In this document: in pieces, positions 38,330-52,304 of the stretch
Position numbering within the stretch: position 1 is the stretch's first letter
How the letters are laid out: every line of letters begins with the position of its first letter
Source: Octopus sinensis
Lineage: Eukaryota
Direction: 5' to 3'
Length of the DNA stretch: 64,000 nt
NCBI RefSeq assembly: GCF_006345805.1
Contig: NC_043009.1
Span: forward strand, 7,564,001 to 7,628,000
The notes under the pieces: generated by a model
What the model was told of the DNA's origin: nothing
The model's input: the letters and a program-made list of their open reading frames with translations, nothing else
Databases searched by the model: none
Made by a program: the position numbers and the translations under genes

Positions 38330-39310
38330 CAGCTCTACTACCTCTCCTCCAAAAATTGTCATTTTGTCTACTAAAAAGATTCGTCGTAATCGATATTGTT
38401 CTTTCATAAAAATCGTGGCAGGGAATTGATTTTAGTTGTTTACTATTTTTAACGAACCAAGTTTGATGAACAGCAAAGCAAATCTTGGTGCATTTTGAAC
38501 ACAGAACAAACAGAGAACGACTAACTACTATAAAAACATTTAATCTGGCGTTCGCAAGAAAGAAATCAATAGAAATTGTAGCGTTGGGGCATTTGCTAAT
38601 ATCATTAGCTGCGTTCATCTTGGGAAACAGTTTCCAATCTGAAGCTTCCTTCTAGGTTCAACCTGTCAGAACTTTAACTCTTGGTCTACATGAATCGCCA
38701 TAATGGAAATTGATTTCAAATGTGGGAACGCAGACCTAGTTGATTAAATCCCCTTAGCACTTAACTGGTACTTATTTTATTGACATCAGAATGATGAAAT
38801 ACGGGGAAAAAACCCTCAAAAGCAAAGAAATCCGATTGGTCTAAATCAGAACGTGAAACACTTTGCCCAGCGCTCTATAGTTCCTGACATGCGACCGCAT
38901 TATATAAATCAATATTAACAATTAGAAACGGAGTGTTGGAGAAATTGTTTTCGTTTTCATTGTTTCTCAGAATAGTTCGGTATTTTTCCTGTAATTAAGC
39001 TCGCTTTGGACTTAAGGGAGTGGAAGTTCCTAATTTCCTTTCGTCTTCGTTGTATCGTGCTGTTTTCCGTCATGCTACTAATTGCAAGTGTCTTAAGAAC
39101 TAAATGTTTAACGAGAAGTAACTTCTTGAAAATATAAATGGAAACTAGAATCATGTCTAGTGAAATGAAGTAGGCTGTTCGGGGAATCTTTTTCACGAAA
39201 TATCACCAGCAAACATGAATCAACATGATACTATGTCGTTCAGAAGTTTGGTTAATAGAGACAGGATTATCTGGACGTTTAGTCTAATTAATACAAATAA
39301 CTTTCTGTAG
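38330..39310 (+). pseudogene. Possible decayed LRR-protein remnant interrupted by a SINE fragment (~38700-38890)
   Basis: LPLLQKLSF; AFARKKSIEIVALGHLLIS (38548-38604); SLYRAVFRHATN; SGNLFHEISP (39179-39208); SFRSLVN. Several stops. Confidence 0.35.
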
Positions 39311-39839
39311 TGGTTGCTACTGTTGTTTAGCTCAAGAGCAGATTTTATTGATCAGGCCCATGATTAAAGGTATTCCAGCTGTGATCACCCCATCTTTTTG
39401 AATCATCCAACGTGCCCTTCCTATGTTCTAAGACCATAAGATCTATCATGATCTATTTTCTTTTCAACGAGGATAAAAATATTTGGTGTATTTTTTGTAT
39501 TTTTGTTGTAAAACTCTCACTTTCTCCTGCAGCAGACTCGCTGTTACGCATTACATACACACAGCAGCGAAAGTATCCCCGTTCGATTCAAACTAACAAG
39601 ACCAACAAACTCTGACAATATATCTTCCATTATCATCAAACAGTTAACCATGAAGTTAGCACTTATCCTCACCAAGACTCTTCAATCTAACCTCCTCTGT
39701 CGCTTTCTCTGGTTTAAGTACAATCTTCGGAAACATGCAACAGTGTCCTTTATCCTCTAGAGAGGCAGTTTTCTCTAATCATACAAACTATAGTTCTAGA
39801 GCACAAACTTCCAACATCTCAGCAGGGCATTCTGGCAGT

Positions 39840-40040
39840 CGCCATGATAGATCGTTAGCCACTACACACATTTTTTTCTTTCCTTGTTTCTCTCCTTGTT
39901 TTTCTGTGTCCCTTTCTGTAGAAGAGCGTAGGCTCGAAACGGAAAAGACTTTTTCTATTCCTGAGCGTTATACTAATACATCTGTTAGTTTTGTACATCA
40001 CCTGTCTTCATATTTTGTCTTTTTCGTAAACTCTCCCCAT
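39840..40040 (+). mobile_element. PLE-derived element, family beta; hammerhead with a mutated cleavage triplet
   Basis: cctttCTGTAGA-A-GAGC-GTAG-GCTC-GAAACGGA-aaagac at 39911-39949. Confidence 0.7.
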
Positions 40041-40059
40041 GTATACAGACAACCTTCTT

Positions 40060-41480
40060 CAGCAATTTGAAACTATCTCCTTACTTAATGACCACATGTA
40101 CGGCTTTGATGAAACCAGAGCAACTGGAGACCTATAATCTTTCATCTCCGATCTTGGATTAATAACTTCTTGTATTACACTCCTCCGGCGCGTGCTGATT
40201 ATTCTCTGTTATGCAAACGCTATAAACTTTGATGCTCAGGATTCAGTTTAGTTTCCAGAATCTTCCTGCTGTACATCACGGTTTACTACCCCTATACAGA
40301 TGATACTACAATTCATTCCACCCTAAATTCCCGCACCCAGTCGTTACTCACAAGCAAGCGAAATACCTGATGCCAAACCCAAACTGACTCGATGAACAGA
40401 GACCGTGAAAACATCCTCAAATGGAATCGTAGCCATCTTGTCTCTTTCCACAGCTAAATGTCACTACCACAGTACATACTATTTCTTTACTACCCACAAG
40501 GGGCTAAACACAGAGGGGACAAACAAGGACAGATAAACGGATTAAATCGATTACGTCGACCCCAGTGCGTATCTGGTACTTAATTTATCGACCCCGAAAG
40601 GATGAAAGGCAAAGTCGACCTCGGCGGAATTTGAACTCAGAACGTAGCGGCAGACGAAATACCGCAAGCATTTCGCCCGGCGTGCTAACGTTTCTGACAG
40701 CTCGCCGCCTTCATACCATGAAAGTATCATCGCAAACCAATTCCTCTAAACATAAACAGTAAACAACTAAAGCCTCCCTTCCGATTCATTCAAATATTAG
40801 GCTTTGGCATCACCGAGAATCTTCCCAGTCGGACGCACATCCTCAGTATTGTAAAGACTACATCCCAAAAACTATACTTCTGTCTCAGAAACAGAAACTA
40901 CTTTAGTTTCCAAACTTAGTAAACTTCGGTAAACCTTAGACGAATTCCACAATGAAATGGAACTATTGTTCCCATATTTGGGACGGATTTGCTGGTATAC
41001 ACACAGGCATCGCATCCTAGACAACATCTAAACAAGGGTAACTCGATTGATTGGCATGAAATAATTTTAAAACACACAAACAGGTTTCATGCAACTTCCA
41101 TCCCAGTAACATCCGACAAGCATATGTCTCTTCGTCTCATTACCCATATTATGTTCTCATCTCAGGTCTGCACGCACTAACAAATCAAGTCCTTCTCCAC
41201 AGATCATTGGGTATCTGAAATACCTGCGTCTTCACAAGTCTTTCATTCAATGATGAAGAGGGAAGTCAAAAGCATCAATCTCACCAAACCCATTCTACTA
41301 AATCCAAACTTCTTAAGTGCGATAAATGTTCACAATCTTATTTTGTCGCATACAAACCTCTACAATTCCCTATAATCTTCGCGTTTTTCATTCAAGCACT
41401 GAGCAAGCAATGTAAGGCTCCATAAAATGGTCATGAATGGCATCAGAATTATCCACAACACCAACCCCATCACCACATCA
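40060..41480 (+). mobile_element. Decayed L2/CR1/Jockey-group LINE reverse-transcriptase fragment interrupted by a SINE
   Basis: LLNDHMYGFDETRATGDL (QYGF..GRSTGDL-like), YTDDTTI (YADD-like), NRDRENILKW, WNYCSHIWDG. Confidence 0.75.
40487..40712 (-). mobile_element. SINE family C
   Basis: Full-length reverse copy of the 8115 family. Confidence 0.92.
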
Positions 41481-41772
41481 AGAACAATTCTAAAGAAGGT
41501 GCTTTCGTTTCTTTATGACCATATGCTACATCTTATAGTTAGTTATTAACTTCTTTTCTTAGCAAATAGAAGTTACAGGTCCGTCCTCTTTAGATTCTCA
41601 TTCTAGCACCAATAATATATACTCATACAAACACACGCCCACACACATAAATTTATGTATACAATACATACATACACACACATATAAATAGATATAAAGA
41701 GATACATATACATCTATAAATATATCCGTTTTATTATGCATATATGCACACATTTGCAGATATGTGAGTGAA

Positions 41773-41819
<47 letters not shown>

Positions 41820-42297
41820 ACACATACATCATCTTTGTCCGCTATCGGTCAGGCTTTGTATACTTTATGAGTTTGTAGTTATTCGATTAAACATAATCCC
41901 TGTAGCCAATAACTTGATATATGCTTCGCAACAGACTTGTTCTGGTCGGGCTTTGACACATATTGTACATTACAACTAACAAATCGCTTCTTTCATGTTC
42001 GTATAATTGAAAACATTTATAAAACTTGTCAAAGATAACTGTAACCGTTCTATTTGTTCACTTGAGGGAAGTCAATGTTTAGTCTAAACACTGAAGCGAC
42101 AGTATTACGTGACAAAAACAAATGATGAATATTAATTACTTGGTAAAGTGAAAATTGAAACGCAACTGCCTTCTACTTGTACAAGTCACTAAAACGTAGC
42201 AATTTTACGACTTGTCCTGTCATTTTGAAGTTTTCTTACCGACAACTGTGTTAGATGAAAATCTGTCAAGTTTCTGAACAGAACGCCTCCATTTGTA

Positions 42298-42342
<45 letters not shown>

Positions 42343-42618
42343 ATCTATTGCACTCCATGTGGATGTGAATATGTATGGAGTTATCTTTATTATACATGAG
42401 TTAATGTCTATATATGCATCATCATGTGTGAATGTGCTTGCTTGAATACACATACATACATACACACACACACACACAAATACACACACACAAATACACA
42501 CATACATCCACGCACATACATAAATGATACAGTCATTCATACACACGCATTCAAAAACGCTACATTCAGTGTGCCATCCAGTTACCACCTGTTTGTCTAT
42601 GCCTGTATACACAAACAC

Positions 42619-42671
<53 letters not shown>

Positions 42672-42696
42672 ACACATACACATAAATTTGTATATA

Positions 42697-42746
<50 letters not shown>

Positions 42747-43568
42747 TTATATATATATATTTATGTATAAAGGCTATATTGTGTGTGCTATCCAGTTTCC
42801 ACCTGTTTGTCTATGCTTGTATACATACACACACATATATATATATATAATATATATATTCATATATATATAATATATATAATATATATATATATATGTA
42901 TATAATATAAATAATATATATATATATAAACGCTACATTGTGTGTGCTATCCAGTTTCCACCTATTAGTCTATCCATACATACATACACATAAATATATA
43001 TGTGTGTGTGTACGTGTGTGTGTGTCTGTATGTTTTTTATCCCTCCCTCATTTTCTTCTCTCACTCACTCTCTCCCCCCTCTCTCTCTTTCTCTCTGACA
43101 ATCTATATCTAAAAGCTACTTATGTGAACGCTTTCCGTCTCTCAGTGTCTTTCCTTCTACATAAAAACAGGTTGTCTATCACTTATACATTGACACCTAA
43201 AATGGTACACGTATGAGCGCTCATTTTGTTACATTCGTGTCGAAATGTAGTGCTGGCAAATTCTCATGCAATTTTGCAATATTCCTTATAATAAATTGAT
43301 TTCTGACAGTTATGGTATTGAAGTTTCTACGCCATGGCGTTTTCTGAAAAACATGTTGATAAATTGAGCTTTGTGTTAACTGTGCAAGGTTTCACTCGAC
43401 ACAACTAAGTAACGATTAGAAAAGAAAGAAAACAAAATTAGATGCACTTCGCTGTCATATATGTCTCTTTTAGTAATGTATGTATAATGTGTGTGTAAAT
43501 ATGTATGCATGCATGCATATATATATATATATATATATATATTCATATGCATACATATTATGTACGTG

Positions 43569-43604
<36 letters not shown>

Positions 43605-43644
43605 AAGACATACATGTATATGTATGTATATATATATATATATG

Positions 43645-43698
<54 letters not shown>

Positions 43699-44127
43699 TA
43701 TATATATATATAAAAGATATATACATGCACATATATAAATAGTATATACATGTATACCTAGCTAGCTAACAAGCTACCTATATTACAGACTTACCTTCCT
43801 ACATATATACATACATACATACACATATGTATAGATATATACATATATACACACACATACATATATATAGAGAGAGAGATAGAGAGAGAGATACATACAT
43901 GTATATTTATATATACATATATACATGTATATATATATATGCTGCCATATACTGAAATAGCTATGAAAAAATTGTTGGAAAATATTTATAAATGAAAAAT
44001 CGATAGAATATATAATTCATTATAGTTTTTTCATATATATATATATATATATATATACTATTCTTATTTCGAGCTTCGGTATTTTTCAGTTTCGTAAAAA
44101 ATATCATTATTATTATTATTATTATTA

Positions 44128-44167
<40 letters not shown>

Positions 44168-44309
44168 ATTGTTATTATTATTATTATTCTTATTATTATA
44201 ATATTTTTTGGTGTGTTTTTGCAAAACAGTATAAAGTTTTTGGGATAGAGTAAAACAGTATTTGACATTTATTGAAAACCGTAATAGTAACTTTCCCCAC
44301 ATATGTATT

Positions 44310-44342
<33 letters not shown>

Positions 44343-44467
44343 TATATATATAGGAATAAAAATAAATTTTGTTTTCGGAAATGGAAGGAAAAAGACAGGA
44401 AAAAATGACCGAGTATGTGTGTTTGTGTGTACGCATATGTGTATGCATGTATGTATGTATGCATGTA

Positions 44468-44503
<36 letters not shown>

Positions 44504-44542
44504 CACACATATATAATATGTATATAGATGTTCATACATACA

Positions 44543-44576
<34 letters not shown>

Positions 44577-45183
44577 CATACATATATATATATATATATA
44601 ATATATATAATATATATATATATATCTATATATATATATATGTTTGTATGTATATGTATGAGAGATAGATAGAGAAAGATAAGGGGAGATAGGAAGAATG
44701 AAAAAAAAACACCGTAAATATTGTGAGAATATAAAAAGCTTTGAATGTGAACCTGATTTAGATTGACTCTAACCCAATCCGATGTATGTTCAAAATGCTC
44801 GTGGTTCCTTTTTTCCCCCTCACACTTGTCTATGTATGTAAGTAATGTATGTGTGAATGGAAGTATGTATGTATATGTTTGTACGTGTGTATGAATTATG
44901 TATGTATGTATACGTGTGTGTTTATGGGACTTTGTGTACTCTTATGTCTGTTCCACACGTTTTTACCACTTATAGACATAAAGTGTATTCACACACCACA
45001 CGCCCATACACACACACACACGCATTCACATACACACACATGCCTACACACACACACACACAAAGACACACAAAGACATATATTTTTATATATACAGACT
45101 GAAATATTTATTTATTCAATTTATCAACAATTACCCTGTTAACATAATATATATATATATGTTCATTTGTACATAAATGTATG

Positions 45184-45248
<65 letters not shown>

Positions 45249-46205
45249 ATGTATGTATGTATATAAGATTATAAGCAGTGTCACACGTATCTGTCTGTAT
45301 GTAAGTACACCTACCTGTATGAATGCAACTTTCATCCATACACACGATAACGCATGCGTATATAGAGAGAATACCTGGTATGAAAATCGTAGACTTTACA
45401 TACATAGGCATACAGTAAATCCAACACACACACACGAGTTCGCGCGCACTCACACAAAATCATACACATACACACCCACAATCATTTCTTCCGTTCCATG
45501 CTTGTTGTTATTGTCATCGTCATGTTGTCAGGAGAATTTTAGAACTTGTTGCTGCTCTACCAGTTGCATCGACATATTCTTATTGTGTGTGCATCATTGC
45601 TATTTGAACATGCAGAATAGTGTTCCTATACTACACCGGTTTCGTCGATTTACTGTGAGATTTTCCCCCTCTTTTTTGTTTTTTTTTATTCTGGTCTATA
45701 TTCAGTGGTTCGTCTGTTGTGCAGTGTATAAGCCATGTGAGTCGTATTACTTTGTTGGGTAGCGTTTCTGTTTTGCATGTGGTATATCTATGTTGTGAAT
45801 TGTGTGCTGTGTTACATGGATATGTAGCAATTGTTTAACGTAGAATCACTAAGGGGAGTAACTCTGAGTGAGTCGTCGTGATAGCGTTAACGTTTCACCG
45901 CTAGTATCATAACCAACGTTATTTTTTCAGCAAGCACAAGTTTGAAACCTGAGTCAATCAATTAGCGTTTATGCTCTTACTAAATATTATACAAGCGACA
46001 AGATTCTAAAATTTGGCTCTTCCTTCTGGAATCGTAGAGAACCAAACGTGGAAGTGATGTCGTGTTTATTGGAAATGAAAACCAGGATCAATCTCCGAAC
46101 TGATGCCGTTGGATGCTTGTCTTTATCTGTATCATATACACTGTTGTCACCTTAAAAAATATTATCGCCTATGAAACATTCTACTTATTATTTTTTTTTG
46201 GAAAT

Positions 46206-46620
46206 GCGCAGGAGTGGCTGTGTGCTAAGTAGCTTGCTTACCAACCATATGGTTCCGGGTTCAGTCCCACTGCGTGGCACCTTGGGCAAGTGTCTTCTAC
46301 TATAGCCTCGGGCTGACCAAAGCCTTGTGAGTGGATTTGGTAGATGGCAACTGAAAGAAGCCTGTTGTATATATATATGTATATGTTTGTGTGTGTATAT
46401 ATTTGTGTGTCTGTGTTTATCTCCCAAACATCGATTGACAACCGATGCTGGTTTGTTTACGTCCCTGTAACTCAGCGGTTCGGCAAAAGAGACCGATAGA
46501 ATAAGTACTAGGCTTACAAAGAATAAGTCCTGGGGTCGATTTGCTCGATTAAAGGCGGTGCTCCAGCATGGCCGCAGTCAAATGACTGAAACAAGTAAAA
46601 GAGTGAAGGAGTAAAAAGAG
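46206..46620 (+). mobile_element. SINE family A
   Basis: Full head and tail. Confidence 0.92.
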
Positions 46621-46949
46621 AGTAAAGGTTACTTTAATTTCGGCTAAATGGTTGAATCGTCAGTTCGTTAGCTAAAATATTTCGTGGCATTCATTTCGGC
46701 TCTTTAAATTGAATTAACCAGCTAATTTCCTTACAAAGCTACCAAACGGTAGAGTTGAAAATTCCGCCGGGATCCACTTTACTTTTCATCCTTTCTGGAA
46801 ATGATGAAGTAGCTACCATTGGGTCACTACAGTCGAAGTAATTCATACCCTCCTCTAAAATTACTGGACTTGAGCCAAACATTGAAAGCAATATTCTTCT
46901 GTGTGGATAAGTGGTGCTTTCTAATGCTCAGTATATTCCATAAATCAAG

Positions 46950-47160
46950 TCGGCGAGCGGACAGAATCGTTAGCACGCCGGACAAAATACTTAGCGTCAT
47001 TTCATCCGTAAATACGATCTGAGTTCTAATTCCGCCGAAGCCGTCTTTGCTTGTCCTCCTTCCGGTTCGATAAAATAAGTACCGGTTGCGTACTGGGGTC
47101 GATGTAATCGACTCATCTCTTCCCCAGAAATTGCCGGCCTTGAACCAACAATTGAAACCG
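46950..47160 (+). mobile_element. SINE family C (diverged)
   Basis: ggcgagcggacagaatcgttagcacgccggacaaaatac. Confidence 0.8.
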
Positions 47161-47379
47161 ATATATTCCACGAGTACTAACCTACTGTGATTGCCATATT
47201 GTTTTTGATCCTCAAACGAGTATATTATGGAGCTGTTAATGCTTCTTTCCATTTCTTTTCCTCAGTGGTTAGAGCGTCAGGCTCACAATCATGAGGTAGT
47301 GAGTTCGATTCTCGGCGGGGCTGTGTGTTGTGCTCTTTAGCAAGACACTTTATATATATATATATATATATATAAATTA

Positions 47380-47555
47380 ATAATAAAATATTAGGGAATA
47401 AATCCAAACTTACAGGGAAAAATCAGATTTAGGATTGAATCCAATTTTATAGTAAAATATAATATTATATTAAATTAGAGATAAAACCACTATTATGTAT
47501 TGGCTTAAGTTTTTCATTGTTTGATTTGCCTAATAGTGGTTTTATCTCTAATTTA

Positions 47556-47564
<9 letters not shown>
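47380..47564. mobile_element. PLE-type terminus with a 34-bp perfect inverted repeat (47462-47495 / 47531-47564)
   Basis: atattatattaaattagagataaaaccactatta vs taatagtggttttatctctaatttaatataatat; shares sequence with 5302-5376. Confidence 0.65.
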
Positions 47565-47604
<40 letters not shown>

Positions 47605-47799
47605 TCAAGTTCACTCAGTTGTGACATCAGTGTTGAGGAGGGAGGAAGAAAACTGGTATCCAGGACCCAATGCTGGTCTTCAACAAGCTACCTTGCCCAG
47701 CCTTGTATGTCTCGGAAGGGAAATTACTAGATACAATCCCATGGTCATTCATGACCGAACGGGTCTTTACCTTTTTTGTTTTTACTCTTCTTATGCCTA

Positions 47800-48132
47800 A
47801 GTCATTTCATTTCAGCCTATAGCATGTAATTGTTTCGCGGAAGGAATTTAACACAGTATTTCAAACCAGGAAATTATCAGTTTCACCATCTGTTGCATTC
47901 AGTCATCGTCTGGCATCTTCTGAGAGCTAATGTAGATTGGCAGAAGAAGGCCGTTAGAAGGTAAATGTCTTGGTTACATAATCTCACGGATGGGTTCGGA
48001 TACGTCTTTATTGTTTTCTAAGAGACTTATGAGAAAACCTCAATAAGTTCAAAATTGTTGTAAGAAGGGAAGAATCTCACGTTTCGGAACATTTTTCTTT
48101 GCCTGAGAGGAGCGTGGATGAACGGTGGAGAG

Positions 48133-48178
<46 letters not shown>

Positions 48179-48690
48179 TAGTACTATGACCCGGCGTTGT
48201 CCGGTCTAGTGCTAATCAAGCATATTTGGTCTTTCAGGAAAATCCCGTTCTCCTGTCATTCACTTGGTCTAACTCGTTAATTATTCCCTGCATTTCTCAA
48301 ATCAAAAAAGCGAGCACGTTTGAAAGCCAAAACACATGATAACGCATCTTCGCAAAACACTAAAATGCGCAGAGTCATACAGACTCCTAAATTGGTCTGG
48401 TAGAGTATTGAGGTGTGATATATAACAAAGGGAGGGAAATGCAGAGTTTATAGAGTTATTTCCCTTGCTATGGTTTAATATCTTTAGATTAAACTTGTAT
48501 TAAAGACTTTTGTTACCTGAAACATAAGGGGTCGGTTTATCGATTTTTTAATGGCTTTCAGAGGTAACTGGGGAAATGAAAAGCTCTTCACAACCACTCT
48601 TGGACGGTTTTGAGTGACCATAGAAAGTGTGAGCCCTCTAACTGAAAAATTGTGGATTTGTATAAAGGATACACACACACACATTTTACC

Positions 48691-48721
<31 letters not shown>

Positions 48722-49950
48722 AGAGCGGGAATGATGTCACTTAATAAGCAAGTAAATGGTTGTTCGATCACAACGCTCTGTCGCTGTCTGTCTGTCTGTA
48801 TATATATATATCTATATCTTTCTCTCTCTCTGTATATCATTGATAAACTTTTCAGTAGCCATTTCTGATGCTGTGTTTTGTCTCTATCAGAAATCAATAG
48901 GACATTTAGCTGACAATGTAGAGTGTAGACACTTAGTTAAAGAAATCATCTAGTTGTTCAACAGTTTATGAAATAGTTTCCATTCAATTACAAGTAATAT
49001 CGCATAAAACTAGAGTTTAAACGAAATGTATAATAGGCTATAAACATGGAGACATTGATTAATTCTAATTTTGGGACTGATGTTATTAGTATAAAGATAG
49101 TCTCCAGTACATCGTTTGATAAAGATTGTAAACCATACAGATTTGATATATCGGTTCCTTTTACAGTCTTGACGTTTCCGCTTATGTTTGGCATCTGCCT
49201 TTTAAAAGAGAAATTGTCTGGATAGCAATAACCGAATTCTTCTAACTTTGGTAATATTTCCGAATATTGATGTACGTCCAAAACATGATTAATGCAGAAT
49301 ATATCTAATGCATTGCTGACCGGGAGTTTTATGTGTTTTCAATTTAATCCGACATGGGAGGATACATTAAGGAAAACACTTGCTCTGATGCTACTATTGT
49401 TGGCTATTCAGCAAAGCCTATTTGCTAAGAAATTAATTTACCAATCAGAGTAATAATATTCAATCCTTTTCTCTGAAGCTAGAATAGGATTTTATTATTA
49501 TAGAACAAATCTGTCTAATATTCAATAAATGCGTTCTAAAAACTGTTCATCTGGGGTTTACTTGACAATAGTTTTAATGTGAGAAACGGCAGAGCAGGAG
49601 TAAAGTTAATAAGTTGTTATCTTGTGAACTCTGTATGTATGATTAACCATATTTCGCTGGCACGTTGCATTCTAAATAGGAATTCAAATGAAAACATCCA
49701 GCAACTATAAAATGGATTGTACGGTGTTGGGTGGCAGCCATAGTAATTCGTCCGTCTGAATGTAGATCTTCAATGGCAAATAAGCTGTTAAACATATCGA
49801 TTTCTGAGGTATTGAAACTATATCGGTAATTGCTAATACGAGGACTGGCCTGGACACTGGACTCGAACCCGTATCGCAGATACGGTTTGCCAGAATCTTA
49901 CTACGATTGAAGTATAGGCAGTTCAGATGCATGGATTCATCCTGATTGAA
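47800..49950 (-). pseudogene. Possible decayed LRR/TLR-ectodomain gene interrupted by microsatellites and a Helitron
   Basis: IVSIPQ..DELLWLPPNTVQSI; LPKLEEF; VPKLELINVS; YL*LNGNYF; and beyond the Helitron MFRNVRFFPSYNNFELI. Many stops. Confidence 0.4.
48178..48700 (-). mobile_element. Non-autonomous Helitron
   Basis: The minus-strand 3' end has the hairpin gaccggacaacgccgggtc (48188-48206), then atagta-CTAG and T. The 5' end lies in a (TA)n followed by a (TG) tract. Confidence 0.75.
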
Positions 49951-50228
49951 GATTTGACCTTTGTTAAGGGTGTAGTCTCAAATTTAATGGGTGGATGCAG
50001 TCGATTGAATCAACTCGTAGTATTTGACCGATACTTTATTCTAGTGAAAGGAAAAGCAAAGATGCTTTCAATGCAATCTGAACGGAGATTACACAGAACC
50101 GGAACAAATTCTACAAGCCATCCAATCCAACGGTCTGCTATCTCTGCCACTTCACCGACCTTATATCAAACACCAAACATATGTTTGTTATAATGACATA
50201 TATATATACATGTGTGTGTATGTATGTA

Positions 50229-50259
<31 letters not shown>

Positions 50260-50639
50260 TGTGTGTGTGTGTGTATGTGTGTATGTGTGTGTCTGTGTAT
50301 GCATTCATTATTTTGAAGGATTTGTTGCATTTTGCATTAATGCAGACATGTACGTGCTTTATTTATTTTTAAATATAATAATATAAACTAATTACATGCG
50401 TTTATGTTATGAAACAATTGGTCATGATATTAGAATTTACTTATTGTTAAAAACATTTTGTCAATCTACATCTCTGTCATTAATGGCCTTATTTGTGTGT
50501 ATGTATGTATGTATGTATGTATGCATGTATGTATGTATGTATGTATGTATGCATGTATGTTGTAACTACATGTGGGCCATTAATCATTTCTGTGGTGCCT
50601 TCATTCCCTTTGGTACCTTAAGTAGTGCTTATTTTGCTT

Positions 50640-51100
50640 AATGGTTAATCCAGCACTGGAAGCAACGGTCATTACACTTCACCGTTGGATTCCGAAACGT
50701 GGCCAAGAGAGACTATGGAAATTATCCAACTATTTCGCTCCCGGTCTGCTCCTGTTTTTCATGGCGGTTGGCACGGCTTCAAGAATCCGTCTTGCGACTC
50801 TTTCCGTGACATTCTAATAACATGCCCGCATTATCGGTGCTGTGACTTCTAAATAAGTGACGAATTTATGCACCTTTCTTCCCTTGCACCGGATGATTGA
50901 ATTAGTAGTCTAGAAACATCATTATATCAGGATAAATTGATATTGTTTTAATATCAACATTTATGGCATACCAGAAATACCACACCGTAAAGAAAGTAGC
51001 TTTGAACTGTAATAAAAAAACCGGAGGAATAATAGAAATATCTTCAGAAAATTGGATTAGCTAACTGATACCTTAGAAAGGTGTCAAGCGGCAGATTTGA
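50640..51100 (-). mobile_element. Decayed RTE-X (Expander-like) LINE 3' fragment
   Basis: GHVIRM / ERVARRILEAVP..RSRPG.K*LDNFHSLSWPRFGI resembles the RTE-X C-terminus. Confidence 0.55.
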
Positions 51101-52304
51101 TGGGCAAAAAATTCCCGTCATAATAAAATTTGTGACTTCAGTTAAATAAAAACAAAATGGTGGTTACAAACGCATTTGAAACAAGTTTCAGAATCATTCG
51201 ACTGCAGCTTACCTATTCTACAGCACTTAACTCTAATCGATATTCTTTTTCATCTTTCAGCCTCTTTGCGGTACAATCTGACTAGACACATTTTTCTGTG
51301 TCACTGGTTTATGTATTTCATGGCCTAACGCCCAAACCGTCTTTCTAGGAGAAGAAAATCTGATTTTTTTTAGTTTTCTGGAGAAGCCTAAGTCATACAG
51401 TTTTAAACAGCTATTTTCCTGCATAAACATGATCATTGCTAGAAATATTTTGTCAATGAGATTGCTTAATCGGGACCGACCTAGGGCTAAAATAACAACA
51501 ACAACAACAATAACGACGACAGGTGTTGTTATTGTTTTGCCTTAGGTCGGCCCCCCATTGAGCTGTTCCATTGTCAAAATACTTCCGGCAATGATCACCA
51601 TCATTATACTATTCCTGGCATCGTGTATCTAATACTACAGTATTCAATGTAATCTTAGCTATCTTAATGATTTTTAAGCGTAATCTAAAGGAAAATTTTG
51701 GTGTTATTTCTTGCAGGTGATCGAGGTTCCATCTCAGTCCTATTGAAGTGGAATTGAAAGTGCTTAGTATCATCTTCATCTTATAAGCACAGCGTCCATT
51801 TCTGTGTGTTCCAGCCGGCCTTATACGTTTCCTACTCAGCGCTAAACTAACACATTAATTCCTGTTCAAATGATATCCAAATGCTGTTCAGAACATTTCT
51901 TTGACTATTTTTTTTTCTAAAAGGAAGGACCATGCACTTTATATTTTAAGTTAAATGTTAAGTTTGGCTATTCTAACATAAAATGGTGAGACCACTGGTT
52001 AGATAATGAAGTTTAACATAAGCCTCTTTGCTAGGTATATTGTATTTGTATATCAGTAGAAAAATGGTTAAACACTTCGTATTGCATTCACAAAATTTCA
52101 GGTTCGATCCCAGCTCAGTGTGTTGCTTTCTTGGCCGACCGTCGACCCAAGACTCGTGAGTTAAACACGGCAGACAGAAAATATGTGGAAGTTCCAACTA
52201 AAAGGAGAGGATGATTACAGCCGGATGCCATTTGATTTTACGGCTGCTCAAGCAGGGTTAGACCGGGTTAAAACAACAACGACGATGGTGACAACAACGA
52301 CGGT

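Noticed and set aside
38957-39196. GPCR TM5-ICL3-like reading of the minus ORF (MILVSIYIFKKLL...RRRKEIR)
   Set aside because: There is a stop immediately upstream, no splice acceptor and no further TM segments; the plus strand offers an alternative LRR-like reading.
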